Origin: Verrucomicrobiota bacterium
Lineage (GTDB): Bacteria; Verrucomicrobiota; Verrucomicrobiia; Limisphaerales; SIBE01
Assembly (NCBI GenBank): GCA_016209525.1
Contig: JACQWK010000022.1
Location: 160 to 64,159, forward strand
Length of the DNA stretch: 64,000 bases
Direction of reading: 5' to 3'
Within the stretch, counting starts at the first letter, position 1. The number at the start of each line of letters is the position of its first letter. The notes under the pieces are model-generated. The model saw nothing but the letters and a program-made list of their open reading frames with translations, did not search any database and was not told the origin of the DNA. The position numbers and the translations under genes were made by a program. This document shows, in pieces, positions 8,316-17,700 of the stretch.

Positions 8316-9254
8316 CTACAGGGCTATCTCCCGCCCTTCGCTGGCGAAGAAGACATCCACATCACCATACTTGCCCGCATGGCAGTATTTTTCCGCCAGC
8401 GTATCCAACTGTTGGTCTGTGCGCATGGGGTCGTGATGGAACAGAGCGAGCGCTTTGACCCCCGCGCGAGCCGCCGCCTCGCAGGCATATTCAATCGGGG
8501 TATGGCCCCAGCCCAGCTTGGTCGGAGCGTATTCTTCCTGGGTGTACTGCGCGTCGTAAATCAGCAAATCCGCTCCGGCGAAGAACTTCTCCAGCGCCTC
8601 GTTCTGTTCTTGCGCCACCATCTCGCCCTCTTGGGCGATCGCTTCGTTATAGTCGGGATGCTTGGGGTCGCTGCAAAACAGGTTTCGGAAAGGCTCGGTG
8701 TCGAACGCCGTGCAAAAAACCTTCCCTTGGTGCTCGAACCGGTAACCCAAGCAGAGGATCGGATGATTGAGATACTTGGTCAGAAGCGTGATGCCGTCTC
8801 CCAAGTCGAAGCAACCTTCCTGCAGATGAGCGTATTCAATCTTCGCCGCCAGTTCGACTCCACGGATTGGAAAATAGCGGTAGCTAAACTGCCCTCCGAC
8901 AATCTGCTCCAAGGTATCGTGCTCATGGGTCTTGGGGCCAAAAACCTTGATCGAGCTGCCTGGAACATAAATCGGCGTAAAAAATGGAAAGCCGCTGATA
9001 TGATCCCAGTGGGTGTGGGAAAGATAGATCTCGGTCTTGATCGGCCCTTTCCGCTGGTCATGGGTCATTAGATAGTTGCCGAGTTCCCGGATGCCGGAAC
9101 CGGCGTCTATGATGATCAGCCTATTCCCCGCGCCGGGAAAGCGCAGCTCGATCGACGGCGTGTTGCCTCCGTATTTCACCGTCGCCGGACCAGGACATGG
9201 GATGGACCCGCGCACTCCCCAGAAGATGGCCTTGATCTTTGGATTGTCCATCAC
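8316..9254 (-). CDS. MBL-fold metallo-hydrolase
   Basis: 312 aa with SHTHWDHISGFPFF (HxHxDH motif) and C-terminal ...LFHHDP. Start (GTG 9254 or ATG 9251) overlaps the stop of the upstream HDOD gene (TGA 9253-9251). Confidence 0.85.
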   Translation of the reverse strand: MMDNPKIKAIFWGVRGSIPCPGPATVKYGGNTPSIELRFPGAGNRLIIIDAGSGIRELGNYLMTHDQRKGPIKTEIYLSHTHWDHISGFPFFTPIYVPGSSIKVFGPKTHEHDTLEQIVGGQFSYRYFPIRGVELAAKIEYAHLQEGCFDLGDGITLLTKYLNHPILCLGYRFEHQGKVFCTAFDTEPFRNLFCSDPKHPDYNEAIAQEGEMVAQEQNEALEKFFAGADLLIYDAQYTQEEYAPTKLGWGHTPIEYACEAAARAGVKALALFHHDPMRTDQQLDTLAEKYCHAGKYGDVDVFFASEGREIAL

Positions 9255-10219
9255 GACAAGTTGATAAAGGCCTTGGCCTTTTCCACCTCCTCAAGCACAG
9301 TCTTTTCGATCTCGGTCATGACCTGCGGAGCCAGGTTCAGTTTTTGCAGGATTTGAGGAAGCAGAGAGGTTTCCGGATGGGTGTCACCCGCCGCGCCAAT
9401 CTTGTGCGTATTGCAGTAGATGTTCGCCAATTCGATGACGGCCACCAGCGCAAAGACGTCTGGGGCCGCCTTTTCCAGTTCGTGATGAAAACTCAGGCAC
9501 TCCACAATCGTCCGGCTGAGTTTCCACTTTTCCGCGATCATTCTTCCGACGCACCCGTGGTCAAAGCCGAAGACCTCCTGTTCGGCTCGGCACAAGGGAA
9601 TCTGCCGTTCCTGGGATTGCCTCAAGACGGTTGCGTATTCGTCTGCAAAACACTCCACCAACGGAATCTTCCCCAGATCGTGCAGCAGGCCGGCCACAAA
9701 ATAGTCTTCGCGTTCGGCCGGGAGCACATTCCTCTTCATCGCCAGAGCCTTCGCCGTGACTCCAACGCCCAGCGAGTGTGCCCAGAAAAGATCCGTCCGC
9801 AACACCCGCTCCGATTTTCTGCCCTGCATCGCGCCCAGCACGGCCGTGCTCAGGGCCAGGTTTTTCACAGTATTCATCCCCAGCATGATGATCGCGCGGG
9901 TCAGCGTGGGAATCCTGTCCGGCAACGAATAGTACGCCGAGTTAATCAGTTTCAGAACTCGGCTGGTTAAGACCGGGTCCAGAGAGATGATTTTGTTCAG
10001 GTCGTTCGGCGAAGTGTTGGGGTGGTTGCAGATTTCCAGAACCTTGGTGACCGTAGTCGATAGCGCCGGCATTTGATCAACACAATCCCGAACCCTCAGC
10101 ATCCGCTGCTCGTACGCTATGGGCCCATTATCCATGCACGCCTGTCCCCACTGAAGGAGACGGGACAGCATGACGGGACTGGATGCCAAAAAGCAAGTCC
10201 GGAAGCCAGGAATTCTCAT
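9251..10219 (-). CDS. HDOD domain-containing signalling protein
   Basis: 322-aa ORF. MPALSTTVTKVLEICNHPNTSPNDLNKIISLDPVLTSRVLKLINSAYYSL...GLLHDLGKIPL...FGFDHGCVG... is the HDOD pattern. The true start may be an internal Met; the N-terminal 40 aa are not conserved-looking. Confidence 0.8.
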   Translation of the reverse strand: MRIPGFRTCFLASSPVMLSRLLQWGQACMDNGPIAYEQRMLRVRDCVDQMPALSTTVTKVLEICNHPNTSPNDLNKIISLDPVLTSRVLKLINSAYYSLPDRIPTLTRAIIMLGMNTVKNLALSTAVLGAMQGRKSERVLRTDLFWAHSLGVGVTAKALAMKRNVLPAEREDYFVAGLLHDLGKIPLVECFADEYATVLRQSQERQIPLCRAEQEVFGFDHGCVGRMIAEKWKLSRTIVECLSFHHELEKAAPDVFALVAVIELANIYCNTHKIGAAGDTHPETSLLPQILQKLNLAPQVMTEIEKTVLEEVEKAKAFINLS

Positions 10220-10336
10220 TTTGGCCGTCCGGAGTCCCGGCTTGAGCCGGTCGGGAGGGAAAGCCGGCTAAATGGCTCTGGCGAACCTGGGAAGAATTTG
10301 ACATCGTTCCACCGCCACGGAAACACTGGCAACTCG

Positions 10337-10934
10337 ATGCTCGAACGGCTCTTTGCACTCTCGGCACATCGCACGTCAATCCGTCGGGAAATCGTCGCTG
10401 GCCTGACCACCTTTGCGGCCTTGGCTTACATTCTTGCGGTCAACCCGGCCATCCTCGCCGCCAGCGGCATGGACGTCGGAGCCGTCATCACTGCGACCGC
10501 GCTCGCCTCGGCTCTGATGACTTCGGTGATGGCACTGGCCACCAACTATCCCATTCGAATCTGCGGCGGGTGTCGAAGAAGGGGGGCGCACCGGATTGAC
10601 CGCGTTGGTCGTCGCCGCGTGCTTCCTCGCCTCTTTGTTTTTGCACCCGATCATACGAATGATTCCTGCGGTATCCACGGCTCCTGCGCTTGTTATCGTT
10701 GGGGTCTTCATGATGCAAGGCGTGGCCAGGCTGGACCTCTCGGAATTCTCAAAGGCTGTTCCGGCCGTCTTGACGATGGTGCTCATGCCATTGACGTTCA
10801 GCATCAGCGAAGGCATCGCCATCGGCTTTCTGGTTCACGTCGCGCTGATGATCGGGACCGGACGCCGGAGAAGCGTCTCACCGGTCGGCTATGTTTTAAG
10901 TTTCCTTTTTTTGCTGCACATCCTCGCTTGCTAG
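10337..10934 (+). pseudogene. NCS2/AzgA-family purine (adenine/guanine/hypoxanthine) permease with a large internal deletion and frame break
   Basis: N-terminal 72 codons (MLERLFALSAHRTSIRREIVAGLTTFAALAYILAVNPAILAASGMDVGAVITATALASALMTSVMALATNYPI) align with E. coli AdeP/GhxP residues ~14-86. At ~10553-10557 the sequence jumps, in another frame, to the C-terminal quarter (ESAAGVEEGGRTGLTALVVAACFLASLFLHPIIRMIPAVSTAPALVIVGVFMM...LTFSISEGIAIGFLVHVALMIGTGRRRSVSP...). About 240 residues of the transporter core are missing. Confidence 0.8.
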
Positions 10935-11149
10935 GCAAGAGAGCAAGAGAGGAGGTTTGTAGATTTTGTTTGGCAAGCCGGCTAGATATGGATAGTGTGA
11001 TCCTGGTCAAAATTTTGGAGTATCGCAGCCACCCAGGAGCCCTGTGTGAATTCACCTCACTTTCCACGATGGAGGCAGCGCCGCAAGCTGCGTTGCGTCG
11101 AACGCAGAGTATCCTCTCCGTGAGGAAAGCAACAACCGAAAGGATTCTT

Positions 11150-14100
11150 ATGCGGCCAATTCCGATCTTCTTGGTGCTGTCATCGCTGTTCGGAACTGCA
11201 CCCACCCGAAATCTGCAAGCTCAGGTCGTCTTCGGCCCGGGTGACCCCGGGCGGGTGGAAGCTGAGCAAACGTTCGTTGCAGGGGTTATCAAAGCGGAAG
11301 TCTATCGCGACATCGGCGGCAACGCGGTCAGTGCTCTCACCGGCAGTCCAAAATATCCGAACCAGCCGGACGAGACACGCTTCCTGAAGTTTATGGAATT
11401 TCCGCCTGGTGGTGACGACGGGAGCCGTCCGCCCAGCGATGTGAGTAATAACTACGGAGTCAGAATCAGCGGATTCGTCATTCCGAAGCAGACTGCCAAT
11501 TACGTCTTTTTCATCGCATCCGATGACAATGGCGAACTCTGGCTGAGCACGAGTGATGATCCGGCCAACAAGCGATTGATTGCGCGCGAACCGGAATGGA
11601 ACCCCGTCCGGGCTTGGACGGCGCCAACCCGGCGGCCCGGCTGCCCGGATAACGGGGGCACGCAGTGCGATAACCGATCGCAGCCGATTCGTCTCGAAGC
11701 CGACAAGCGATATTACATTGAAGCATTCGTTAAGGAAGGCGTGGGGGGCGACAATCTGGCTGTCACGTGGATCAAGCAAGGCGAACCTGACCCGGCCGAC
11801 GGCGCGTTGCCCATCGGATCTGAGTTTCTCGGCGCATTATCCGATGCGAGGCAAAATCAGCCTCCAGCGATTACGCTGCAACCCCAGAATCAGACCGTCG
11901 ATTCAGGTGCAAGGGTCAGCTTCACCACTACAGCGATCGGCACACCCACACCGCGGTACCAGTGGAGGCTAAATGGAGTCAATCTCCCGGGCGAGACTAG
12001 CCCGACCCTGGTGCTAGCCAACGTTCAGCCGTCGAACTCCGGCCTGTACAGTGTCGCAGTCCAGAACTCGCTCGGGGCCGCGGCGAGCCAAGCGGCCATT
12101 CTGTCAGTGCGTGCGCCCGCATTGGCGCTGGCGGATGCTTTCGAGAGACGCTCCAACTATTTCGCGCTATTCTTCACTGGCCGAGGCTCAAACGAGAAAT
12201 ACACCCGTCAAACTCGAGAACCTTTTCATGCAAACAAGAATGGATCGACTTCGGCTTGGATTGCCTGGACGCCTTTAACCACCGGTGTCGCGACCTTCAC
12301 AACCGCAGGGAGCACGTTTGACACCTTGCTGGCGGTTTATACGGGGAGCGTTCTCACGAATCTCATACGCCTGGTTAGCGACGATGACAGTGGGGGCGCG
12401 CTAACCAGCAGAGTTTCGTTCAATGCTAGCGCGGGTGTCCAGTATCAAATCGCCATTGATGGTTTCAATGGCGCGTCGGGCGACGTTGTTTTGACTTGGG
12501 GGCTGGATCCCTTCGGGGACACCCTGCCAGTAGTATCGGAAATTGAGAAAGAGCCATCCTCTCCTTCTGTTGTGCCAGGCACTCGCGTGAGATTGTCTGT
12601 TCAGGCGCTGGAGCTTCCAACAGGAGCGAGAACCATCGGTGCCCAGGTCCAGTGGTTTCACAACGGAAAAGAGATTCAAGATGCGACTAACAATGTGTTG
12701 GTGATCCCCTCGGTGCAGCGGCAGGAGGTGGGCGGTTACGTGGCACGGCTCTTCACGATCACGGAGATGAGAGATCGGTTTGAGAACATCATTCTGAGCA
12801 CTAGCCGAGTCTATTCCGCCCCGGCGATCCTTCAGATCAACACTGCGGGAGAAACGAATGTGTCGGCCTTGGACAAGCTGGGCGACTTGGTTGTCGGCAC
12901 CAACCGCGTGTCCCAATTCACCGCGCTTGCGACTGCGCGGCGAATTGGGCCATCCTTCAACACTCTAGGCGTCGCCGCCGCCGCGCCAGCCCGCGGTTTT
13001 TCCGGTTCGCAAGTCTTTAATACGTCATGCGTGAATCCGGAGCCTCCTCCCTGCAGCCCGGCGACTAAAGAGCCGAGTGAACCCATTCATGGCGGGGAAA
13101 TTGGCGGTGCTTCCATGTGGATGTCCTACCAGCCTCTCGTTGATGGATTGTTAACCATTGATAGTTCCGACAGTGATTTTCCGAACGTTGTGGCTGTTTA
13201 CACGGGTCCCGGAGCGCTCATGTCCGGTTTGACGGAAGTCTCCTACCGATTGGGGCCGATTCCAAAGGGCAACGGCAAACTCGTCGAACTTCAAGCCGTG
13301 AAAGACCGGATTTATTATATCGCGGTGGATGGGGTCCGTGGGCCAACCGGAGACGTGGCAAAGGGCCTTGTGACTCTGAAATATGCCCTGACGTCGGACT
13401 GTCCTTTGGTGCGGTTTGTGACGACCGACACGACGACGCAGGGGAGTTGGAAGACGAAGTATGGGGCGGATGGTCGCGTCGTTGTCGGCGATCCGACTAC
13501 CCTCCTTCCAGGTTACATCCTTGTGGCTCCGAGTGGGCCCTCAAGCTACACATGGCTCGCCTCGACCCTGGCAATGCGAGCACTCCAGAAGGACGGCAGT
13601 GTTACTGATCGCTTGGCGGCTTGCTGGTATGCGAACAACTCCTTCGACCTCGGCCTGAACGTGACGGGTTCGGAACTGCGTCGAGTCGCCCTGTATTTTT
13701 TGGATTGGGAAGGCGGGAGGGAACAGCAGGTTGAAATATTTGCCGCTGGCGGCGCCGGACCGCCGTTGAATACGCAGACCGTGACCGGTTTTTATGACGG
13801 CAAATATCTGGTTTGGGACATCAAGGGGAATGTTACGATTCGGGTTAAATCCACCGTGGCCGCTAACGTTGTGCTGAGCGGGTTGTTTTTTGACACACCC
13901 GGGGCAGGCACGCCGGTGGTCACTTTTGTGACGACCGACACGACGACGCAGGGGAGTTGGAAGACCAAGTATGGGGCGGACGGTCGCGTCGTTGTCAGCG
14001 ACCCGGCTACCCTCCTTCCAGGTTACATCCCTGTGGCTCCGAGTGGGCCCTCAAGCTACACCTGGCTCGCCTCGACCGCGGAAATGCGAGCACTCCAGAA

Positions 14101-14710
14101 GACCGGCCTTGCTACTGATCGTCTTGCGGCCTGCTGGTATGCAGCCAACTCCTTCGACCTCGGCCTGAACGTGACGGGTTCGGAACTGCGTCGAGTCGCC
14201 CTGTATTTTTTGGATTGGGAAGGCGGGAGGGAACAGCGGGTTGAAATATTTGCCGCTGGCGGCACCGGACCGCCGTTGAACACGCAGACCGTGACCGGCT
14301 TTTATGGTGGCAAATACCTGGTTTGGGACATCAAGGGGAATGTTACGATTCGGGTTAAATCCACGGTGGCCGCTAACGTTGTGCTGAGCGGGTTGTTTTT
14401 TGACACACCCGGTTGCCTGAGCACGGGTGGCCTCCTCGGTTTCATGCATAGCCGGGAAGCGATTAACTCGCGGCTGTTCATCAACCAATTCGAGCGCGCT
14501 ACCCTTGCTGGCGGGTTTCGGCTGAACGCGGTAGTGGAACCGCATCGACGATACTTGATAGAAGCGTCAACGGACTTGATTCATTGGACCTTTTTGGGCG
14601 CCGACATGGCTCCGCCCAGCGGTTTTGTTGAATTCTTAGATGCGGACGCCGCGAAGCTTCCCCATCGGTTCTATCGAATCATTGAGAAGCCCGCCAACCC
14701 CGGCGAATGA
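11150..14710 (+). CDS. Secreted multidomain protein: PA14-like domain, Ig-like domain(s), two DxxLAVYTG-type beta-sandwich modules, duplicated 163-aa carbohydrate-binding-like module, C-terminal STDLxxW...RFYR domain
   Basis: ATG at 11150 gives signal peptide MRPIPIFLVLSSLFGTAPTRNLQAQ. PA14-like: NYGVRISGFVIPKQTANYVFFIASDDNGELWLS...YYIEAFVKEGVGGDNLAVTW. Ig-like: PPAITLQPQNQTVDSGARVSFTTTAIGTPTPRYQWRLNGVNL...SGLYSVAVQNSLG. C-terminus: YLIEASTDLIHWTFLG...HRFYRII. The ORF-track entry 10073-14710 is an artefactual upstream extension through the permease pseudogene. Confidence 0.8.
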   Translation: MRPIPIFLVLSSLFGTAPTRNLQAQVVFGPGDPGRVEAEQTFVAGVIKAEVYRDIGGNAVSALTGSPKYPNQPDETRFLKFMEFPPGGDDGSRPPSDVSNNYGVRISGFVIPKQTANYVFFIASDDNGELWLSTSDDPANKRLIAREPEWNPVRAWTAPTRRPGCPDNGGTQCDNRSQPIRLEADKRYYIEAFVKEGVGGDNLAVTWIKQGEPDPADGALPIGSEFLGALSDARQNQPPAITLQPQNQTVDSGARVSFTTTAIGTPTPRYQWRLNGVNLPGETSPTLVLANVQPSNSGLYSVAVQNSLGAAASQAAILSVRAPALALADAFERRSNYFALFFTGRGSNEKYTRQTREPFHANKNGSTSAWIAWTPLTTGVATFTTAGSTFDTLLAVYTGSVLTNLIRLVSDDDSGGALTSRVSFNASAGVQYQIAIDGFNGASGDVVLTWGLDPFGDTLPVVSEIEKEPSSPSVVPGTRVRLSVQALELPTGARTIGAQVQWFHNGKEIQDATNNVLVIPSVQRQEVGGYVARLFTITEMRDRFENIILSTSRVYSAPAILQINTAGETNVSALDKLGDLVVGTNRVSQFTALATARRIGPSFNTLGVAAAAPARGFSGSQVFNTSCVNPEPPPCSPATKEPSEPIHGGEIGGASMWMSYQPLVDGLLTIDSSDSDFPNVVAVYTGPGALMSGLTEVSYRLGPIPKGNGKLVELQAVKDRIYYIAVDGVRGPTGDVAKGLVTLKYALTSDCPLVRFVTTDTTTQGSWKTKYGADGRVVVGDPTTLLPGYILVAPSGPSSYTWLASTLAMRALQKDGSVTDRLAACWYANNSFDLGLNVTGSELRRVALYFLDWEGGREQQVEIFAAGGAGPPLNTQTVTGFYDGKYLVWDIKGNVTIRVKSTVAANVVLSGLFFDTPGAGTPVVTFVTTDTTTQGSWKTKYGADGRVVVSDPATLLPGYIPVAPSGPSSYTWLASTAEMRALQKTGLATDRLAACWYAANSFDLGLNVTGSELRRVALYFLDWEGGREQRVEIFAAGGTGPPLNTQTVTGFYGGKYLVWDIKGNVTIRVKSTVAANVVLSGLFFDTPGCLSTGGLLGFMHSREAINSRLFINQFERATLAGGFRLNAVVEPHRRYLIEASTDLIHWTFLGADMAPPSGFVEFLDADAAKLPHRFYRIIEKPANPGE
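13415..14412 (+). repeat. Tandem in-frame duplication, period 510 bp (two 488-bp near-identical copies: 13415-13902 and 13925-14412)
   Basis: Both copies start TTTGTGACGACCGACACGACGACGCAGGGGAGTTGGAAGAC and end GGGTTGTTTTTTGACACACCCGG. The encoded 163-aa modules (FVTTDTTTQGSWKTKYGADGRVVV...VLSGLFFDTPG) are identical at 151 of 163 positions by my count. Confidence 0.95.
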
Positions 14711-14777
14711 ACAATCCTGAATTTGCCAAACCTGCAATGAGTTGGTTAGGGCAACAATTCGAGGCGATAATTGAGGA

Positions 14778-17700
14778 TCAAAAAACAACCTTCGTCGTGA
14801 CCGCCAGCGTGCGCTCGCGGGGCAATTCGGAATAAAGATTGAGCGGGTTGAGGCGGTAGTCCCGACCGCTGACATTCAACAGTCCAAGCCGAATTTCGGC
14901 GAGCCGTCGAGGAAAACGGTAGCCGGCATACAGATTGAACTGCCAAAAGTCATCACCCTCGATCTCGGGCTTGTATCCCCAATGGCTTTGATTGTTCCAA
15001 AGCGTTTGGAACTGTGCGAAAAAGCCCCGGAGGTGATTGTAGGTGGCGGAAAGTTCTAGTTGATGCAGCGTCGCGGTATTGTCGCTCTCGATTAGCGTGG
15101 CGGCCCCAAGCGCCGCGGTGCGCGGAACCGCGGAGTAACTGCGCCTCAACTCCGACTCCGTCACCTGGTACCTTGCCCCCAGAGACCATTCCTTGGCGAT
15201 CAACTGGTTGAGCGTCACGCGGAGGGATTTCTCTTCATAGCCCAGGTTTTCGGGTGTGCCTGACGGAAAAGGAAGCGAGGATTCACTGCTTTCAAAAGCG
15301 CCGACCTCTCGTCTTGCTTTCGACCGCAATAATTGGCTTTCGACACCCAGATACGTTCCGGTCTCAGACCTGTGGTCCAAGGCGAGGCCTCCCGTTTCAA
15401 ACTGGGAACCTGGCACCAACCCTGTGAGTGATTCAGGAATCAAACTGCGGAAGGCCTGATTGAAGCCCGCAATCTGGGTCGGCTCAATCCGGACGCTCGT
15501 GTCATAGAAAACGCCGCCGAGCGACCGTGTGTACGCCGCCCGCAGGTGAGTGTTCTTTTGGAGAGCCCACCGCAAGCCGGCCTTGGGAGAGAATTGGTCT
15601 TCGTTCGTTTGCCGGTTCGTGATGGGGACGATGTCAATGTTTTGTGGAAAATCCAGGCGGTCGTAAGCCAGGCCGCCTTCCAACCATAATGGATCCAATA
15701 TCTGGTATTGATAGTACGTGTAGAGACTGAGGCGATTCAGGTCCGCCTCTGCGGTCTGGTTTTCGAAACGAGCCGGAATGACAGGAAAGTCGCTCAGAGA
15801 TCGGTTGATGTGCGCGTTCGCCTCGATCGAGCCGCTTTGATAACGAATTCCGCCAACGAACATTTGCCGATTCTTATGCCAAATCTGCTGTAATTCTGCC
15901 GAATAAGCCTCCAACTCACTTTGGTAACTTAGGTTGAACGGTCCGTCCGCTGGTTGGGGATGAAACGCAAACTCAACAATCGAGCCTTTTGTGTCCCGGG
16001 CCAAAAACAGAGCTGAGGACCCCGGATCCGACCGCGTCAGCGTATCCTCGAGTCTTCCGAATAACAAAAGCGTGTGCGATCCCGGGGCCCATTCATGGTG
16101 ATAGCCGGCAAAAAGATTGGGCTCCTGTTTCTCGGTCACCCGTTGCGTGCGGCTGGCGCTGGCCTGGTTGTAATACTGGGCCACGTCGCCGAACTCAGAA
16201 TCATAGGACAGGGATTGGAAGAAAACACTGTCCTGCGGACTGATTTGCTGTTTGACCTTGGCCGACCAAGTCAGTTGAGAAAGATCGCTGTTGGGTCGCT
16301 GGCCGTTTTCTGTTCGGTAAAATGCGTCCAACGCATAACCCGAGTTGCCAAAATTGCCGTACTGCGACCCCGCCTGGGCCCAATCCCCGCGGCTGCGGTA
16401 CTCGGTTAGCGAAAGAACACCGAAGCGATCGCGTTCGAACAGTCGGCTGTATTCTTGTTGGGAGACATTCTGCGATAATGTCCCCGCGCCGACGGGCGAC
16501 AACAAGTTGGCCAATAGCAGCTCGCTGAGCCAGGGCGTTTCGTAGCGCAGGTTGATCTGTCGGGGATCCCTCAGTTCGTTGTAACTGTTCGCCAAGAAGA
16601 GGTGGGCGGAATAATTGCCGTAGTCGCTGTTCACGGCCCGGGCAGCCTCGCGCGCACTTACGTCGAACATTCCCGCGTCACGGTAAATGGCGGCCAGATT
16701 CGCGCTGCGCACGGCGCGATCTTGGTCGAGAAGAAGGCTTGAGCGGTAAACTTGCCTGTTGTCGTTGAGTCGGGCCGATCGCTCCAAGTCCTCAATCGCT
16801 TCGTTGATGCGATTTTCCCGTTGCTTAATCAACGCCGAGTAAAGGTGGGGCGTCGGATCCTGCGGATCCAATTGCTCGGCCAATTCCAACTGCTCAAGTG
16901 CCTCCTGCTTCAGGTCTGAGACGCCACCCCATAGACCGCCCGAATCGTAGTAGGCTTTGCCGAGGTAACTCCTTAAAAGAGATCGCTCGGGCTCGACCGT
17001 TGTCGTCGCCTCAAGGTGCTGGAGTCCCTGGAAATTCGTCCTCGCTCCCCAAGCCCAAGAGAGGCCGGCTCGCCGAGAATATTCGATAGCGTTCTCGCGG
17101 CGCAGTTCAGCCAGCCCCATCCCGAGCCAAGCGTTCCCAAGTCGGCCATCCAAAGCCGCCGCCTCACGGAATCGCGCGAGCGCCCCGGTGTAGTCGTTCC
17201 GTGCCCAGCTCAAGAAGCCGCGCAAAGCAACGGCTTGCGCATTGCCGCCCCCGTGTTTCCGAGCTTTGGCTAATGCCGCTTCGGCTTCTGGGATGCGGCC
17301 GAAGCTGAACTCCAACTCTGCCCGACGGACCCAGCCGAATCCAAACGTCGATCCCTCGGGAGTCGCGTGCTTCGCAGCGATTAAAGCCCGATCCAAAGCC
17401 GTCATGGCCTTTCGATAGACTTTATGCTCCCATGGGGTTGGGGCGTAGGCGCGCCCAGCGCGCGACTGTTGGTAGTACGACTCCGCCAGCCATTCCGTCG
17501 CCAGACTTGGTTCCTCAGCGCGTTTCCAATCGTTCCCTTGGACAGCGGCAATAACTTGATGAATGGCTTCTACGATTTGCCTTTGTCGCGGATACCCGGC
17601 TTCGGCCACTGATAAATTCTTCACCAGAGATTCTGCCTTTTGGAACTGGCCACAGACCAAGACCAATCCGGCAAAGTAAAGCTTCTCCGGATTATTGGCG

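Noticed and set aside
10073-14710. 1545-aa ORF in the track, taken at face value as one giant gene
   Set aside because: Its first ~360 codons run antisense over the HDOD gene start, then through the permease pseudogene and a non-coding spacer. A proper ATG plus signal peptide appears at 11150. Only 11150-14710 is credible.
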